DNA from: Methanotrichaceae archaeon
GTDB lineage: Archaea; Halobacteriota; Methanosarcinia; Methanotrichales; Methanotrichaceae
Length of the DNA: 64,000 nucleotides
Assembly (NCBI GenBank): GCA_963803145.1
Contig: CAWDLW010000018.1
Coordinates: forward strand, 32,001 to 96,000
Reading direction: 5' to 3'
Each line of letters starts with the position of its first letter. Position 1 is the stretch's first letter. Shown here one piece after another: positions 59,721 through 64,000 of this stretch. Under the pieces are notes generated by a model. The model ran no database searches and was not told where the DNA came from. It saw nothing but the letters and a program-made list of their open reading frames with translations. A program made the position numbers and the translations under genes.

Positions 59721-59852
59721 GGCATCTTCAAGAGATGCTCGGGTTGAAAAGGATGTCTATAATTTAAGCGGACTATTTAAGTGGACTCGAATTATCGAGT
59801 AAATTACTGGGCTACTAAGAAAAGGTAAAAAAGGTGTTGATTCCGGTTAAGG

Positions 59853-60536
59853 TCACCCCAGCTTCATATAATTAGAAGTTTTGCCATTGCCGGCACTGGC
59901 ACTGGCACTGGTACCGGTTCCATTGCCTGATTCATTTACCGCTATCTGTAATGCATCATTGAATGTCTTGGATTCTCCTTGCGCTGAGGCAACTAGAGTG
60001 GTATTATAAATCCCGCCCGCAATGGCCGCAGTCCAGGTCCCGACATATTCTCCTCCAGGCGTTTGATCCAGAGTCAAATTGCTAACTTCTACGCCAACGG
60101 AGTTGCTGATGATCGCGTAAGCGGTCATATTCGCTACATCTCCAAGGGTTGCGGTAATCTTAACCGGGCTTCCAGGATTTGCTGGATTGGGGCTCGCGCC
60201 GATATTATTAAGATTGACGTTAAGCTCTGGCGCCTGTACGGGACTATCCGTCATTTCCGAGTTGCTGGCGCTAGTATTTCCATTTTTGGCTGCATTGACA
60301 TTGAACTGTGAGTTCGTCTGCCTGGCAACTGCGGCACTATAGACCTGAGGTCCCGTCTGCTCAGCGGCTGTATTTCCTATATTGTTTAACTCCGCTTGAG
60401 GGTCCCAATTCTCTTCGGCGCCGCAGGTTGCACATCCTGCACTCGCTATAGCCGTTAGGGCATTGATGCCTACTACGGAAACCATGAGGCATAACAAAGC
60501 CAGAATGAGTATCGATTTTGACATAATTTTTGACAT
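59853..60536 (-). CDS. Exported hypothetical protein with Ig-like C-terminal domain
   Basis: Signal peptide; CATC; ASPNPANPGSPVKITA...YVGTWTA. Confidence 0.8.
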   Translation of the reverse strand: MSKIMSKSILILALLCLMVSVVGINALTAIASAGCATCGAEENWDPQAELNNIGNTAAEQTGPQVYSAAVARQTNSQFNVNAAKNGNTSASNSEMTDSPVQAPELNVNLNNIGASPNPANPGSPVKITATLGDVANMTAYAIISNSVGVEVSNLTLDQTPGGEYVGTWTAAIAGGIYNTTLVASAQGESKTFNDALQIAVNESGNGTGTSASASAGNGKTSNYMKLG

Positions 60537-60763
60537 AATATCTCCTCTACCACGTCATCGTCTTTGACATAATATCTCCTTTACTACGTCATTGGACACC
60601 GGCGAGCGCATTCTATAACGATGCCGCCTCTGCCATCAATCCCTAAAATCGGCTTTCTATATATACTATGTTGTACTCAGGCAGATTATGTTACGGCTTT
60701 CGTCGAAATAGCTGCTTTGATAGGAAAATCGTAATAAATCTATAATAGATACTAAAAGCATCC

Positions 60764-61336
60764 ATGACCGATGCAAAAGAAGTCGCAATCACGCTGATAA
60801 AAGCTATTGCCATATCGGATAATGATATCTTCACAGATTCAACCTCGCCAAAGTATACAACTATCGATTACTATCGTATGGCCTGCCACAGCCTCTTTGA
60901 GTGCAAACACTGCGGAACCTGCTGCACAACCGGTGACCCTATAAGGCTTAAGCATGAGGATATCGCCAAAATTGCAAAGCATCTTAAGATACCCACAAAT
61001 AAGGCTATCAAAAAGCTGACTGTTAAAGATCCAGACAAACCAGAAGTGCTTGATTTCAAGCATATCTTGCCGTGCAAGTTTTACGATATTGAGGCAGAGG
61101 TCTGCAAGATTTACACTGTTCGCCCCTGGTCATGCCGCATCTTCCCTTTTTTAGGAATCTATGGCTCTGAGAATCAAGTCAAAGTAAACGAATCCTGCCC
61201 AGGATCTGTTGAAACCATGAAGATATTGACTGCTGCTATGGAGGAAACACGCTCCAAGATAGCAGTTTCTACATTTGGGGTAGAGGTGGTCAGGCAGGCG
61301 AAGGAGAAGCTGAGGACTGTTCTTGAGAATGTCTGA
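60764..61336 (+). CDS. YkgJ/CxxCxxCC cysteine-cluster protein
   Basis: FECKHCGTCC, PCKFYD....CKIY..RPWSCRIFPF. Confidence 0.92.
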   Translation: MTDAKEVAITLIKAIAISDNDIFTDSTSPKYTTIDYYRMACHSLFECKHCGTCCTTGDPIRLKHEDIAKIAKHLKIPTNKAIKKLTVKDPDKPEVLDFKHILPCKFYDIEAEVCKIYTVRPWSCRIFPFLGIYGSENQVKVNESCPGSVETMKILTAAMEETRSKIAVSTFGVEVVRQAKEKLRTVLENV

Positions 61337-61364
61337 GGCTGCATTAACAGGATTCGAAAAAAGT

Positions 61365-62309
61365 TCAGGGTTCCTGCTTGAATACCTCAACAAGCGAATC
61401 TTTAGCCATCTTCATAACCCCCATTGGACAGGTCTTATAGGCTTTGCGCAAATGCTCTATTGCCCTTTCATCTCCGATCTCTCCGAGGCTCCAGGCAGAC
61501 CAGGCGCGGATCTCCTCTTCATCCTCGCCAAACATAATCTCGACCAGATGATCAACGGCAGAGTTTCGGCCAATCTCGCCCAAAGTTGTAACGGCCGTTA
61601 ACCTCACGCCATAATCCTCATCCTTCAGTGCAGTTAGGGCGAGATTGCAGGCATTTTCTCCTTTTATCTGCGCCAATGATTTTAGCGCCTCAGTCCTTAC
61701 TGCGGGATCAGAATCCTCAATGGCCTTGCCAAGAATATCAAGGGCTCTATCGCCAGCACACTCGCCCATGAAGGCTGTCGCCCTTCTCCTGACCTCAATA
61801 TCTTCATCCTCGATAAAGCGAGCGACCTCCTCCTGTGCAGCATTATGCTTTATCTTTGCAAGGCCTGTAATCGCCATTCCCCTTATCTCAGGCTCTGGAG
61901 ATTTGAGAAGATCCATTAATGCATCTGCCGCACCTAGATTCCGCAGCGCAACTCCTGCGCGTAAGCGGACATCCTTGCTGCTATCAGATCTTACGGCCTT
62001 GACGAGATATGGCACCGCAGATGGGTTGTTCATAGTCTCTAAAGCTGCAGCAGACCATTCACGAACCACGTAATCGGAATCATTGAGAAGAGCATTCCCG
62101 AGAGGCTTAATTGCCCTTGGGCTTCCTATCTTTCCCAGAGCCCAAGCAGCTTTGTATCGCAGATCTGAGAACTCGCCAGTCTCAAGCGCATTGATGAGCG
62201 GATCAACAGATGCTTCTCCTAAACTCACGAGAGCCCAGGCAGCCTTCTGGCGCTCAAAATAATCATTGCTATTCCCTAGCTTTTGAATAAGTTCAGCAGC
62301 TCTATCCAT
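61365..62309 (-). CDS. HEAT/PBS-lyase repeat protein
   Basis: Repeated VR..AA.ALG.IG...A...L. Confidence 0.93.
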   Translation of the reverse strand: MDRAAELIQKLGNSNDYFERQKAAWALVSLGEASVDPLINALETGEFSDLRYKAAWALGKIGSPRAIKPLGNALLNDSDYVVREWSAAALETMNNPSAVPYLVKAVRSDSSKDVRLRAGVALRNLGAADALMDLLKSPEPEIRGMAITGLAKIKHNAAQEEVARFIEDEDIEVRRRATAFMGECAGDRALDILGKAIEDSDPAVRTEALKSLAQIKGENACNLALTALKDEDYGVRLTAVTTLGEIGRNSAVDHLVEIMFGEDEEEIRAWSAWSLGEIGDERAIEHLRKAYKTCPMGVMKMAKDSLVEVFKQEP

Positions 62310-62412
62310 GCCCTTTTATTTATTCCGCGGTCTTTTAAGCTTTGCTCAAAAGATAGAGTTATATCCAGTACGTGATAGCCTACTACCAAAGATAACCGAT
62401 AGGACTTGAATA

Positions 62413-63363
62413 ATGGAATACCTCTTTGGCCCTGTGCTCTCTCGCAGGCTCGGCCTATCGATGGGCGTTGATCTTCTGCCCTTTAAGACATGCAATCTGG
62501 ACTGCATTTACTGCGAGTTGGGCAGGACGACATGCCTCGCCAATTGCAGAGATAGGTTTGTCCAGCCCGATAAGATAATAAGAGAGATTCGGGCAAAGAA
62601 AAATGAAGGCTTCGATCATCTCACATTTGCAGGGTCCGGCGAACCTACGCTTAGTTCAGACCTTGGGGACCTTATTCGCATTTCCAAAGAGATAGTAGAT
62701 ACACCCATAGCAGTTATCACAAATAGCACACTTTTTACAAGCGAAAGGGTAAGAAAGGAAGTCGCCTCTGCGGATGTTGTTCTGCCTTCTCTGGATGCCG
62801 CTACTCAGAGGACCTTCGAAGCAATAAATAGGCCCGCGCCTGACCTAAGAATCGAAGACATAATCGAAGGTCTGAGGCTGTTTCGAAAGGAGTTCAGCGG
62901 CGAGATATGGCTCGAGGTAATGCTTGTTAAGGATGTGAATGACCACGAGGCAGAGATGATTGCAAAGGCTGCGAACTCGATAAATCCCGACAGAATTCAG
63001 CTCAACACCGTCATCCGCCCTCCAGCTGAGCCTGTATCGCCTTTGAGCAAAAAAGATATGCAAAGTATGCTCGAGATCTTTGAAGGCGCAGAGCTTATTC
63101 CAGATTGGGATTGGCGTATTCCAGCAAAAGCAAAGTCCAAGCTTCTTGAGCTCCTGTCTTCAGAACCGCACACCCTTGTGGAGATATGCGAGCTGCCCGG
63201 CGCGGATAAAAACGATGTCATAAAATATCTCAAGATATTGGAGAAGGAAAACAGAATTGTAAGACGATGGCATAACGGCAAGCAATACTTCCAAGCAGAA
63301 GATGGTTCGAATGACTCAGAGCAAATGCGAGAATTGTTCTCAGAAAAGTTCGTGCAAAGATAA
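62413..63363 (+). CDS. Radical SAM protein
   Basis: FGPVLSRRLGLSMG, CNLDCIYC, GSGEPTL, SLDA. Confidence 0.93.
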   Translation: MEYLFGPVLSRRLGLSMGVDLLPFKTCNLDCIYCELGRTTCLANCRDRFVQPDKIIREIRAKKNEGFDHLTFAGSGEPTLSSDLGDLIRISKEIVDTPIAVITNSTLFTSERVRKEVASADVVLPSLDAATQRTFEAINRPAPDLRIEDIIEGLRLFRKEFSGEIWLEVMLVKDVNDHEAEMIAKAANSINPDRIQLNTVIRPPAEPVSPLSKKDMQSMLEIFEGAELIPDWDWRIPAKAKSKLLELLSSEPHTLVEICELPGADKNDVIKYLKILEKENRIVRRWHNGKQYFQAEDGSNDSEQMRELFSEKFVQR

Positions 63364-63376
63364 AGATAATGATAGG

Positions 63377-64000
63377 ATGAAGAGCGACGGATGTGCAATT
63401 GAGCGCATGGTCAGAGTAAAGCACAAAATACTCATAGCGAGCGGCAAGGGCGGAGTGGGAAAGAGCACAGTATCGGTGAACCTCGCACGGGCCTTGAAAA
63501 TCAGGGGATACAGCGTTGGCCTATTAGATGCCGATATTACGGGCCCGAATATACCCAAGCTCTTTGGAATCGAGGATCAGAGGATGACCCCTGGGCCTGA
63601 TGGCCTTGAGCCGGGCGATGCAGACGGCATAAAGGTTACATCTATGGCACTACTCCTTTCCAGCCGCGACTCTGCAGTAGTATGGCGCGGCCCAAAGAAG
63701 ATGGCAGCTATAAAGCAGTTCATCCAGGGAGTAAACTGGGGAGATCTGGACTTCCTTCTCGTCGATCTGCCGCCCGGCACCAGCGATGAGCCGCTGAGCG
63801 TTATTCAGCTGATCCCAGATATCACCGGCGCTATAGTTGTAACTACTCCACAGGAGGTCTCACTGCTCGACTCTCTCAAGGCAGTGAACATGATCATGAC
63901 GATGGGTGTCCCTGTTCTGGGGATTGTGGAGAATATGAGCGGCCTGTGCTGCCCCCACTGCGGTGAGACTATCTACATCTTCAGCACCGGCGGAGGTAGG
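63377..64000 (+). CDS. Mrp/NBP35 (ApbC) Fe-S carrier ATPase, truncated by the window end
   Basis: Read manually: SGKGGVGKST, LDADITGPNIP, VWRGP, DLPPGTSD, VTTPQ, IVENMS..CPHC. Confidence 0.95.
   Translation, partial: MKSDGCAIERMVRVKHKILIASGKGGVGKSTVSVNLARALKIRGYSVGLLDADITGPNIPKLFGIEDQRMTPGPDGLEPGDADGIKVTSMALLLSSRDSAVVWRGPKKMAAIKQFIQGVNWGDLDFLLVDLPPGTSDEPLSVIQLIPDITGAIVVTTPQEVSLLDSLKAVNMIMTMGVPVLGIVENMSGLCCPHCGETIYIFSTGGGR

Noticed and set aside
30316-63780. Many short antisense or alternative-frame ORFs in the track overlapping housekeeping genes
   Set aside because: They are shadow ORFs of well-supported genes and carry no independent motifs.

Overview
Archaeal DNA from a methanogen, most consistent with Methanotrichaceae/Methanothrix. 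Support: SepRS, aRF1, PAN, archaeal-type MAT, beta-RFA-P synthase, and TPR proteins ending AKAKELGYTG; the taxon is an inference. Layout: (i) 1-30.2 kb is an accessory, mobile-element-derived region. It carries duplicated modules (DUF6788-like gene; wHTH + nucleotidyltransferase pair), IS5, IS1, a tnpB remnant, a small tyrosine recombinase, a terminase-like fragment, an Hfq-like gene, exported/TPR cargo and several pseudogenes. (ii) 30.3-49.5 kb is housekeeping genes plus an IS701-like element and a hybrid histidine kinase. (iii) 49.5-56.3 kb is a second island: vWA, a double-J-domain membrane beta-propeller protein, TPR, and three tiny Zn-finger genes missed by the ORF track (two C3HC4 RING paralogs and a multi-CxxC finger with TGA at a Cys position). 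(iv) 56.4-64 kb is housekeeping again. The most notable unexplained structure is a set of three non-coding elements that recur together at three loci around cargo genes: a 30-bp 11-8-11 site with an invariant asymmetric core, a covarying hairpin, and a ~115-bp conserved element. No rRNA, tRNA or CRISPR array was recognised. All family assignments come from motif recognition by eye, not from database searches.
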